Source of the DNA: Candidatus Sericytochromatia bacterium
Lineage (GTDB): Bacteria; Cyanobacteriota; Sericytochromatia; S15B-MN24; UBA4093
Direction of reading: 5' to 3'
Assembly: GCA_036676495.1 (NCBI GenBank)
Contig: JAKFCT010000027.1
Location: forward strand, 1-64,000
Length of the DNA stretch: 64,000 nt
The notes under the pieces: generated by a model
What the model was told of the DNA's origin: nothing
The model's input: the letters and a program-made list of their open reading frames with translations, nothing else
Database searches by the model: none
Program-made: the position numbers and the translations under genes
Part shown: piece by piece, positions 56,822-64,000 of the stretch
Layout: the number at the start of each line of letters is the position of its first letter
How positions within the stretch are numbered: the stretch's first letter is position 1

Positions 56822-57382
56822 CTAGCGGCGGGGACTGGCGCTTGCCAGGCGCCGGAGGGTGAGCGCGACGATCTCGGCGTCCTCGGCGTGGTCGAAGGAA
56901 TAGTAGCCCTCGATGCGGGAGTCCTTGAGCACGACGACGGCGGGAGTGCGCTTGAGATGAAACTCGTCGCGGCTGTAGCGCAGCGGATCGAGGACCATGG
57001 GAAGCGTCAGCTTCTCGGCGGCGGCGCGGGCCTTCACGCGGTCGGGGAGATTGCGGACGAGGGCCTTGGAGTCCAGGTTGACCGCACGGAAGCGAACCCG
57101 TCCGTCGAAGGACGCCGCGAGCTTGCGGAGCGCGGCGAACATGGCGGGAAGCGGCGCCTGATCGTAGATCGACCAGAAGAGAAGGACCTCGGCTCCCTCG
57201 GACGGGATCGCATAGGTCTTGCCGTCGAGGCCCGGAAGCGTGGTGCTCGTGATCGGCATGCCCGGGGCCAGGGACGACAGCGAGGCGTCCATGTGGGCCC
57301 GAGCCGGGGGGGGCGCCGCGGCGAGGGCGGCGGCAGTCAGGGCCGCGGTAGTCAGCGCGGCCATCCATCCTCTTGCGTTCAC
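56822..57382 (-). CDS. Secreted TlpA-like thioredoxin-fold protein lacking CxxC
   Basis: Signal peptide; LPGLDGK, LLFWS, VNLD, LP.VLDP and TP..VV motifs. Confidence 0.6.
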   Translation of the reverse strand: MNARGWMAALTTAALTAAALAAAPPPARAHMDASLSSLAPGMPITSTTLPGLDGKTYAIPSEGAEVLLFWSIYDQAPLPAMFAALRKLAASFDGRVRFRAVNLDSKALVRNLPDRVKARAAAEKLTLPMVLDPLRYSRDEFHLKRTPAVVVLKDSRIEGYYSFDHAEDAEIVALTLRRLASASPRR

Positions 57383-57522
57383 CCCTCCATTATTCCCGAG
57401 ATCATGCCGATTCGGATAGAGGGAAGTGGCAGGTTCAGGGGGCTAGCCCCCATGGTTGACGTTCGGCGGCCAGGGTATAATTGGCTCAGTTGCTGGCAAT
57501 CTCAGAGTGAAGAGTGGAGCAC

Positions 57523-58218
57523 ATGACAAAGATAATGGTGGTGGAGGACGAGCCCAACCTCCGCAAACTCCTCGAGGTGATCATCGGAAAAGAAGGCTAC
57601 CACGTGATGACGCTGGACGACGGTGAAGCCGCGCTCGACCAGCTCGAAGCCTTCGCTCCCGACCTCATTATCTCCGACATCATGATGCCCCGGCTGGACG
57701 GCCTGGAGCTTTGCCGCAAGATTCGCGCCATGCCGCAGCACCAGAACACCCCCTTCGTGCTGCTGACCGCCAAGGACGACCCCACCGACAAGTACCAAGG
57801 CTTCCGCGACGGAGCCGACGACTACGTCGTGAAGCCGTTCGATCCCGTCGAGCTGCTCTTCCGGATCGAGGCCCATTTGCGGCGCTCCCGGCAGAACTTC
57901 AAGGGCGCCGCCGAAGTCATCTCGGTCGGCTCGCTCGAGCTCGACCGGCGGAACTACCAGGCGAAGGTGGGCGATCGCGCCATCCAGCTCACCAAGTCCG
58001 AGTTCGCCATGCTCCACCACCTCATGAGCCACGCCGACCACGTGGTCTCGGCCGAGTCCATCCTGGTCGAGGCGCTGGGTTACCCCCCGCAAGCCGGCAG
58101 CTCCGAGATCATCCGCACGCATATCCGCAACATCCGGCAGAAGATCGAGGCGGATCCCGCGAACCCCACCATCATCCAGACCGTCGCGCGCCACGGGTAC
58201 ACGATCAAGAGCGCATGA
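57523..58218 (+). CDS. OmpR family response regulator
   Basis: VVED, SDIMMP.LDG, LTAK and GADDY..KPF; wHTH motifs [12 protein letters not shown] and TV...GY. Confidence 0.93.
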   Translation: MTKIMVVEDEPNLRKLLEVIIGKEGYHVMTLDDGEAALDQLEAFAPDLIISDIMMPRLDGLELCRKIRAMPQHQNTPFVLLTAKDDPTDKYQGFRDGADDYVVKPFDPVELLFRIEAHLRRSRQNFKGAAEVISVGSLELDRRNYQAKVGDRAIQLTKSEFAMLHHLMSHADHVVSAESILVEALGYPPQAGSSEIIRTHIRNIRQKIEADPANPTIIQTVARHGYTIKSA

Positions 58219-58225
58219 GGCCCTC

Positions 58226-58792
58226 ATGCTCCTGATGATCGACAACTACGATTCCTTCACCTACAACCTGGTCCAGTACTTCGGGGAGCTGGGAGCGGAG
58301 GTGCAGGTCTACCGCAACGACGCCATCACCCTGGAAGCGATCGCGCAGCTGGCCCCCAGTCACCTGGTGATCTCGCCCGGCCCCGGCACGCCCGCCGAAG
58401 CCGGCATCTCCCGCGACGCCATCATGCGCTTCGGCGGCCAGATCCCCCTCTTGGGCGTCTGCCTGGGCCACCAGAGCCTCGGAGAGGTCTTCGGCGGCAA
58501 GGTCGTACGCGCGCCGATGCTGATGCACGGCAAGACCTCGCCCATCCACCATGCCGACCAGGGGGTCTTCCAGGGCCTGCCGCAGCCCTTCGAGGCGACC
58601 CGCTACCACTCCCTGATCGTCGAGCGCGAGGGGCTTCCGGACTGCCTGGAAGTGACCGCCTGGACGGAGGACGGCCTGATCATGGGGCTCCGGCACAAGA
58701 CCCTGCCCCGGCTGCAGGGCGTGCAGTTCCACCCCGAGTCGATCATGACCGAAGCGGGGCATGATCTCCTGAGGAACTTCCTGGCCAATTAA
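58226..58792 (+). CDS. pabA: Anthranilate/aminodeoxychorismate synthase component II (TrpG/PabA)
   Basis: [29 protein letters not shown] and QFHPES motifs. Confidence 0.92.
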   Translation: MLLMIDNYDSFTYNLVQYFGELGAEVQVYRNDAITLEAIAQLAPSHLVISPGPGTPAEAGISRDAIMRFGGQIPLLGVCLGHQSLGEVFGGKVVRAPMLMHGKTSPIHHADQGVFQGLPQPFEATRYHSLIVEREGLPDCLEVTAWTEDGLIMGLRHKTLPRLQGVQFHPESIMTEAGHDLLRNFLAN

Positions 58793-58793
58793 C

Positions 58794-58817
58794 TTGTCCC
58801 CCGGGATGGGGGACAAA
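58794..58817 (+). repeat. Intercistronic hairpin, family C
   Basis: TTGTCCCCC-GGGAT-GGGGGACAAA directly after the pabA stop. Confidence 0.65.
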
Positions 58818-58827
58818 GTAAGGAAGG

Positions 58828-59781
58828 TTGAGCATGCCGCGCCGCGTGATCTCCAACATGCACCAGGCCATCATCGGGCAGGACCGCGCCCTCGACCTCG
58901 TCATGAGCGCCCTCCTGGCCGGCGGCCACATCCTGCTCGACGACGTGCCCGGCGTCGGCAAGACCCTCATGGCCAAGTCCCTGGCGCAGTCCATCGACGG
59001 CATCTTCAAGCGCATCCAGTTCTCTCCGGATCTGATGCCCTCGGACGTCACCGGCCTCAACATCTACACGCCCCCGAGCGAGTCCCAGAGCGGAAGGTTC
59101 CGCTTCATCCAGGGACCGGTCTTCGCCAACGTGCTCCTGGCCGACGAGATCAACCGCGCCAGCCCCCGCACCCAGGCCAGCTTGCTCGAAGCCATGGAGG
59201 AAGGCGTCGTCACGGTCGACGGCGAGACCCACCCCCTGCCCAAGCCCTTCCTGGTGATCGCCACCCAGAACCCGGTCGAGTTCCATGGCACCTTCCCGCT
59301 TCCCGAAGCCCAGCTGGATCGCTTCGCCGTGAGGTTGTCGCTGGGGTACCCGGCGGCCGAAGAGGAAGCGGAGCTGCTCCGCCGCTCGGCAGCGGGCGCC
59401 GCGGGCGCGACGCCCGGCCATGAGGGCGAGCGGATACACCCGGTGGTGACGCCCCAGGAACTGAGCGCCTGGCAGAAAGACGTCCGCACGGTGCGGGTCG
59501 ACCCCAGCCTCCAGGCCTACATCGTGCAGTTCGCCAACCTCACCCGCAACCACCCCCAGATCACCCTCGGCCTCAGCCCGCGCGGCAGCCTCACCTGGCA
59601 GCGGATCGCCCAGGCCTACGCGTACTTGCAGGGTCGGGGCTTCGTGACGCCGGACGATCTCAAGACGACGGCCGAGGCCGTGCTCGCGCACCGGTTGATC
59701 GTGTCGGGGCGCTCCTCGGGCACGCAGAGCAAGCACGCCCTGCTCGATGAGCTGCTCGGCTCCCAGCCCATCCCGGTCTAA
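58828..59781 (+). CDS. MoxR family AAA+ ATPase (second copy)
   Basis: DDVPGVGKT, RIQFSPDL.PSD, DEINRASPRTQ and GTFPLPEAQLDRF motifs. Confidence 0.93.
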   Translation: MSMPRRVISNMHQAIIGQDRALDLVMSALLAGGHILLDDVPGVGKTLMAKSLAQSIDGIFKRIQFSPDLMPSDVTGLNIYTPPSESQSGRFRFIQGPVFANVLLADEINRASPRTQASLLEAMEEGVVTVDGETHPLPKPFLVIATQNPVEFHGTFPLPEAQLDRFAVRLSLGYPAAEEEAELLRRSAAGAAGATPGHEGERIHPVVTPQELSAWQKDVRTVRVDPSLQAYIVQFANLTRNHPQITLGLSPRGSLTWQRIAQAYAYLQGRGFVTPDDLKTTAEAVLAHRLIVSGRSSGTQSKHALLDELLGSQPIPV

Positions 59782-59784
59782 GCC

Positions 59785-60921
59785 ATGACGGGCCGCGCGT
59801 TCGTCCTCCTGCTCATCGCGGCGAGCACCCTCTACGCCGCCCGAAATGTCGGCGTAGGCTGGCTTTACGCTCTGGGCTACGCCTTGGCGGCCGGAGTGGC
59901 AGCCTCTGCGGCGGTCGGGGCCTGGTCCTTGCATGGCCTCCGCCTGAAGGTCGCGGCGGGCCGCCAGACCGAAGCCGGCCAGCCCCTGCTGGTCGCCGTC
60001 ACCCTGGAGAACCCCGGAGCCAAGCCCCGTCGCTACCTCTCGTTGCTGGCCGGTCCCCTGGGCACGCCCTCCCGGCTCTGGCCATGGCGTCGGGCCCTCG
60101 TGCCGGAGGGCTGGGGGACGGTCCTGATCCCCGAATTGAAGCCAGGTGAGCGGCTCACCGTCCAGCTTCCCATCCCGGCCCCCCGGCGCGGCGTCCATGC
60201 GCTGCCGGCGATCACCCTGCAGGCCGCCCCCCTGGGGCTGGTGGCCTGGGTCCGAAAGGTCGCAGACGAACCCAGGGGGGGAAGGCGCGTCGGGAATCAC
60301 GCCGGAAAGCCGGATGCGATCACGGTGCATCCTCGGACGCATGCCCTGAGCGGCGCGGCCGTGCTGGACCGCCGCCGCGGACAGGGCGAGCGCGACGCCT
60401 CCAGCCGCCTGGAGGACGGCGGAGAGCTGGCCAAGGCCGTGCGGCCCTACCGCTCCGGGGATGCCATGCGGCAGATCCACTGGAAGACCACCGCTCGCAC
60501 GGGGCAGCTCTCGGTGCGGGAGAGCGAGGGGGACGCCCCCTCGCAGGAGCTCGTCCTGCTGCTGGACACCGTCGAGCACGATCCGGAGTCCTTCGAGCTC
60601 GCCGTGGAGGTCGCGGCCTCGCTGCTGGTGCAGGCGCATAAGCAGGGGATGGAAGCGCGGCTTTACGGCGTGGGTAGCGAACCGCAAAGCGGCGAACCGC
60701 ACGGCGGCAAACCGCAAAGCGGCGAGCCGTCCTCGCAGACCCTGCGGGGACAGCTCGACTGGCTGGCCCTCGTCGCTCCGGGGTCTGCGGCCCGTTCACG
60801 GCGGGAGGAGCGGGGACTGGTGATCACGGCGCGCCCCGAGGCCTGGGAAGGGCGCGCGGAGGCGTGCATCCTCGTCGCGCCGGGCATGACGATCGCCGAC
60901 GTGCTGAAAGCGCTGCCATGA
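59785..60921 (+). CDS. Membrane-anchored DUF58 protein
   Basis: N-terminal TM pair; RRG and VRPY.SGD.MRQIHWK.TAR motifs; FE.AV..AASL. Confidence 0.88.
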   Translation: MTGRAFVLLLIAASTLYAARNVGVGWLYALGYALAAGVAASAAVGAWSLHGLRLKVAAGRQTEAGQPLLVAVTLENPGAKPRRYLSLLAGPLGTPSRLWPWRRALVPEGWGTVLIPELKPGERLTVQLPIPAPRRGVHALPAITLQAAPLGLVAWVRKVADEPRGGRRVGNHAGKPDAITVHPRTHALSGAAVLDRRRGQGERDASSRLEDGGELAKAVRPYRSGDAMRQIHWKTTARTGQLSVRESEGDAPSQELVLLLDTVEHDPESFELAVEVAASLLVQAHKQGMEARLYGVGSEPQSGEPHGGKPQSGEPSSQTLRGQLDWLALVAPGSAARSRREERGLVITARPEAWEGRAEACILVAPGMTIADVLKALP

Positions 60922-62966
60922 GAGAAGCGACCATGAGGGGGCTCTTCGATCGGCGCGATCCCTTGCTGCACCTGCGGGTGGCCACGGCCGTCGCGGGGGC
61001 GATCGCCATCCTGGCCCTCTACGCGGTCTCGGGAGTCACCGGAGATCCGAGGCCCGGGGTGCTGGTCGCCATGGGCATCGGCCTCGTGGGCCAGTACGTC
61101 TCGCACCGCTTGCGGGGCAAGAGCCTGAAGACCATCAAGGCCCTGCTCGCCGTGGGCATGATCGTACTCTTGTGGCAGTACATGGCCAACCTGATCGCCA
61201 ACCTCCAGGACACCCGCTACCCGCTGGCCGAGCTGCTCCTATACCTGGCGGTGATGAACTCCTTCGACTTGCCGCGGCGCCACAACCTCCGGATCGCCAT
61301 GATGGTCTCGGTGATCCTGCTGGTGGTGACCGCCACCTTGAGCCGGGACATGGCCTTCGGGGGCTTCCTGCTCGCCTTCCTGGGAGCGGGGCTCTGGTGG
61401 GGACACCAGGACATGCTCAGCGAGCTGGGGGCATCCCCGGAGCAATCCAAAATCAGCACGAGCGCCGTGAAGGGGCTCCTTCCGCTCGGCGGGATCATCC
61501 TCGCCGGGGGGCTCGCGCTGGTGCTGATCGTGCCCCGGGACGAGGGCGGAAGCTTCAAGCAGCTGCCGTTCTCGACGATGCTCGCCCTGCCATCCCAGAT
61601 CGATCCACAGGTGCGAAACCCCGCATACCCCGCGGGGGGATCCGGGAACGGGGACTCCGCTCCCGAGCTCGATCCGGAAGCCTACTACGGCTTCGCGGAG
61701 GCCCTGGATCTCAACTACCGGGGCCGGCTCTCTCAGACGGTGGCCCTGAAGGTGCGATCGCCCCGGAGGCAGTTCTGGCGGGGGATGGCCTACGACACCT
61801 TCGACGGCCGGAGCTGGCGCATGGCGTATCCCAAGGAGGTCACGCCGCTGCAGTCCAATCCCTTCACCTTGCCGTCGCGCACGGCGGACGGGGGAGGCCG
61901 GCGCGAGATCACGACCTTCTACATCGAGAAGAACCAGACCAACCTGATCCTGATGCCCGCGGATCCGAAGCTGCTTTACTTCCCGACGGGCGAGATCATG
62001 GCGGATCGCTACGATTCCTTCCGCAGCCCGCTGATCCTGGAAAAGGGGATGTACTACACGGTGGTCGCGCAGCGGCCGTCCCCGCCGCGCGGGGGGCCGG
62101 ATCGCGAGCTGCCGTCGCGCGAGCGGCTCGCGCGCGCGGGCCTGGAGATCGAGCCCTACCTGAGCGTGCCGCCGAGTTTCAGCGCGCGCACCCGGCAGCT
62201 GGCCCAAACGATCACGGCGGGTGCGGCGGGTCCGCGCGAGCGCCTGCAGCGGATCGAGGCCTACCTCGAAGCGACCTACCCCTACGACCTGGAGATCCCG
62301 GCCTTCCCGGCCAGCGCGGATCAGCTCGATCACTTCCTCTTCGAGGCGAAGCGCGGGTACTGCGAGCATTTCGCGACGGCGCTCGCCCTGATGGCGCGGG
62401 AGGTCGGAGTGCCGACCCGGCTGGTCACGGGCTACCTGCCCGGCGATTTCAACCCGTTCACGGGCTTCTACGAGGTCTCGACGGCCCACGCGCATGCCTG
62501 GGTAGAGGCGTACCTCTGGGGACGGGGCTGGGTGGCCTTCGATCCAACCCCGGGCTTCGCGGGACCGGGCGAGATCTCCGAGGGCCTGAGCTTGCCCCTG
62601 GCCGATTGGGCGCGCTCGCTGCAGTCCAAAGGCCCGCTCGTCCTCCTCGGGCTGGGCGGGATCGCGCTTCTGGGGCTGGTCGGGCTGATCGCGGGCATGC
62701 GGCGTCCCCAGGGCCTGTCCGGGGCAAGCCGGGCCTACGTGCGACTCGTGGAGATCTCCGGAAAGGTCGGGCGCTTCTCGACCGACGGGCTGACCCCGCG
62801 GGAGCTGCTGGCGCGAATCGGCGAGGAGCCGGCACTGCGGGCGATCGCCCCCGAGGCGGAAGCGATCGTCTCGGCGTACGAGGCGATCCGCTTCGGAGGG
62901 GAGCCCGACGACGGATCGCTGGCGCGCGCGCTGGCCGCGCTCGAAGCCCGGCTGAAAAAATCATGA
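60918..62966 (+). CDS. TgpA-type membrane transglutaminase (DUF3488 + TGase + DUF4129)
   Basis: SFDLPRR, YYGF and WRG.AYD; catalytic GYCEHFA, HAWVE and FDPTP motifs. Confidence 0.9.
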   Translation: MREATMRGLFDRRDPLLHLRVATAVAGAIAILALYAVSGVTGDPRPGVLVAMGIGLVGQYVSHRLRGKSLKTIKALLAVGMIVLLWQYMANLIANLQDTRYPLAELLLYLAVMNSFDLPRRHNLRIAMMVSVILLVVTATLSRDMAFGGFLLAFLGAGLWWGHQDMLSELGASPEQSKISTSAVKGLLPLGGIILAGGLALVLIVPRDEGGSFKQLPFSTMLALPSQIDPQVRNPAYPAGGSGNGDSAPELDPEAYYGFAEALDLNYRGRLSQTVALKVRSPRRQFWRGMAYDTFDGRSWRMAYPKEVTPLQSNPFTLPSRTADGGGRREITTFYIEKNQTNLILMPADPKLLYFPTGEIMADRYDSFRSPLILEKGMYYTVVAQRPSPPRGGPDRELPSRERLARAGLEIEPYLSVPPSFSARTRQLAQTITAGAAGPRERLQRIEAYLEATYPYDLEIPAFPASADQLDHFLFEAKRGYCEHFATALALMAREVGVPTRLVTGYLPGDFNPFTGFYEVSTAHAHAWVEAYLWGRGWVAFDPTPGFAGPGEISEGLSLPLADWARSLQSKGPLVLLGLGGIALLGLVGLIAGMRRPQGLSGASRAYVRLVEISGKVGRFSTDGLTPRELLARIGEEPALRAIAPEAEAIVSAYEAIRFGGEPDDGSLARALAALEARLKKS

Positions 62967-63026
62967 GGGTGTGCCAGCAAAAATGGGGCTATCCCACCGC
63001 GGTGAGACAGCCCCTTCGGGGTGTTT

Positions 63027-63052
63027 GTGGGGCGGGCCTCCGCGCCCGCCAT
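63027..63052. repeat. REP-like palindrome, family B
   Basis: Exact inverted match to 2656..2681. Confidence 0.8.
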
Positions 63053-63062
63053 GGCTTAACTA

Positions 63063-63521
63063 TTAACCGACGGCGGTGAGCTGCTTCTGCTCTTCCTGGT
63101 TGAGCACCAGATTGAGATCCAGGAGGATCAGCAGGCGGTTCTCGAGCTTGGCGATGCCCTTGAGGTAGGACGCGTCGATGACGCTCGCGACCATCTCGGG
63201 GGTGGGCTCGACCGAGTCCGAGGAGATCCGGCGCACCTCGGAGACCCCGTCGACGATCATGCCGACCGTGCGGCCGCTCATGGTGACGATGATGATCCGG
63301 GTGCTCTTGGTGTTCTCGGTGATCGGAAGGCGGAAGCGCTTGCGGAGATCCACCACGGGGATGATCTTGCCGCGAAGGTTGACGACCCCTTCGACGAACT
63401 CGGGAGTGCGGGGCACCCGGGTGATCTCGGGCATGCGCACGATCTCCTGGACCATGCCGATGTCGACCCCGAACTCCTCGGATCCCAGGTTGAAGCTCAC
63501 CAACTGCAATACGTCTGCCAC
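63063..63521 (-). CDS. cheW: Chemotaxis protein CheW
   Basis: QLVSF.LG.EEFG.DI..VQEI, GV.NLRG.I.PV.DL and G.IVD.V.EV motifs; GTG start after GAGGAGG. Confidence 0.95.
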   Translation of the reverse strand: MADVLQLVSFNLGSEEFGVDIGMVQEIVRMPEITRVPRTPEFVEGVVNLRGKIIPVVDLRKRFRLPITENTKSTRIIIVTMSGRTVGMIVDGVSEVRRISSDSVEPTPEMVASVIDASYLKGIAKLENRLLILLDLNLVLNQEEQKQLTAVG

Positions 63522-63801
63522 CTTGGCCTCCTCTATCGCTTGACAGGTCTCCTGCCCGATCGCCCTCTTCGGCTCCCCGGGGGGCGCCGCGCGTGCTCGC
63601 ATGCTTCCAATTTACCAGGCATGCCCGCGGATCCCAAGGTCCATTTGGGCTAGTGGATCCAGATCGCGCCGCCCCGCGGCCCGGCCCTCCCCAACCCTTG
63701 TCTCAACTTTAAACGGGGCTTAACGTTTCTCCCGCAAGATCCCGGCCCGGATCGTCCATAGATTGTTAAGAGCAAAGCATTGGAAAGGGAGGAACGACCC
63801 G

Positions 63802-64000
63802 ATGAAAGCCAAGAAGACTCTCACCCTCTTCGTCCTCGGGGCGCTGACCATGTCCCTGATGACCGGCTGCGGCGCCCGCGGCGACAACATGGTCGATCCG
63901 GGCTACGAGGATCCGGGCTACAACGATCCCGGCTACAACAACCCGGGCTACAACGACCCCGGCTACAACAACCCCGGTTACAACAACCCGGGCTACAACA
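63802..64000 (+). CDS. Lipoprotein with tandem (D/N)PGY(N/E) repeats (truncated by the window end)
   Basis: GGGAGG RBS; MKAKKTLTLFVLGALTMSLMTGC lipobox; 15-bp repeats from 63895. Confidence 0.8.
   Translation, partial: MKAKKTLTLFVLGALTMSLMTGCGARGDNMVDPGYEDPGYNDPGYNNPGYNDPGYNNPGYNNPGYN

Noticed and set aside
57456-57481. TTGACG...TATAAT sigma70 promoter for the response regulator
   Set aside because: The spacer is only 14 nt; the -10 may be real but the pair is not canonical

Overview
A high-GC bacterial chromosomal window from a flagellated diderm. The combination of flagellar genes, Smc-ScpAB, a cyanobacterial-type TgpA and frequent GCGATCGC suggests a non-photosynthetic relative of Cyanobacteria such as Sericytochromatia; this is inference only. 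Left arm (1-22 kb): fliI/fliH, an LptD-like gene, DUF58 and moxR separated by an inverted motAB pair, an M14 carboxypeptidase, a coupled three-gene operon (repeat+EDR1-like protein, atypical Ser/Thr kinase, TPR protein), gltX, a PRC-barrel/HhH protein and smc-scpA-scpB. Centre (about 22.3-47.3 kb): a compositionally distinct, lower-GC surface-polysaccharide island with Wza-like and YjbH-like export genes, a legionaminic-acid-type nonulosonate pathway with extra tailoring enzymes, Wzx/Wzy/Wzz and glycosyltransferases. Right arm: a PfkB kinase, a glycine-zipper protein, an epimerase, metH plus a yitJ-like gene, nrnA, a Cys-less thioredoxin-fold protein, an OmpR-type regulator, pabA/trpG, a second MoxR-DUF58-TgpA operon, cheW and a truncated (D/N)PGYN-repeat lipoprotein. 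The best candidate for an undescribed system is the 10.2-13.7 kb operon, which resembles a split bacterial version of the plant CTR1/EDR1 kinase architecture. Also notable are several small palindromic repeat families, one of which is inserted in frame in metH. No rRNA, tRNA, CRISPR array or transposase was recognised. All calls come from reading motifs by eye; no searches were run.
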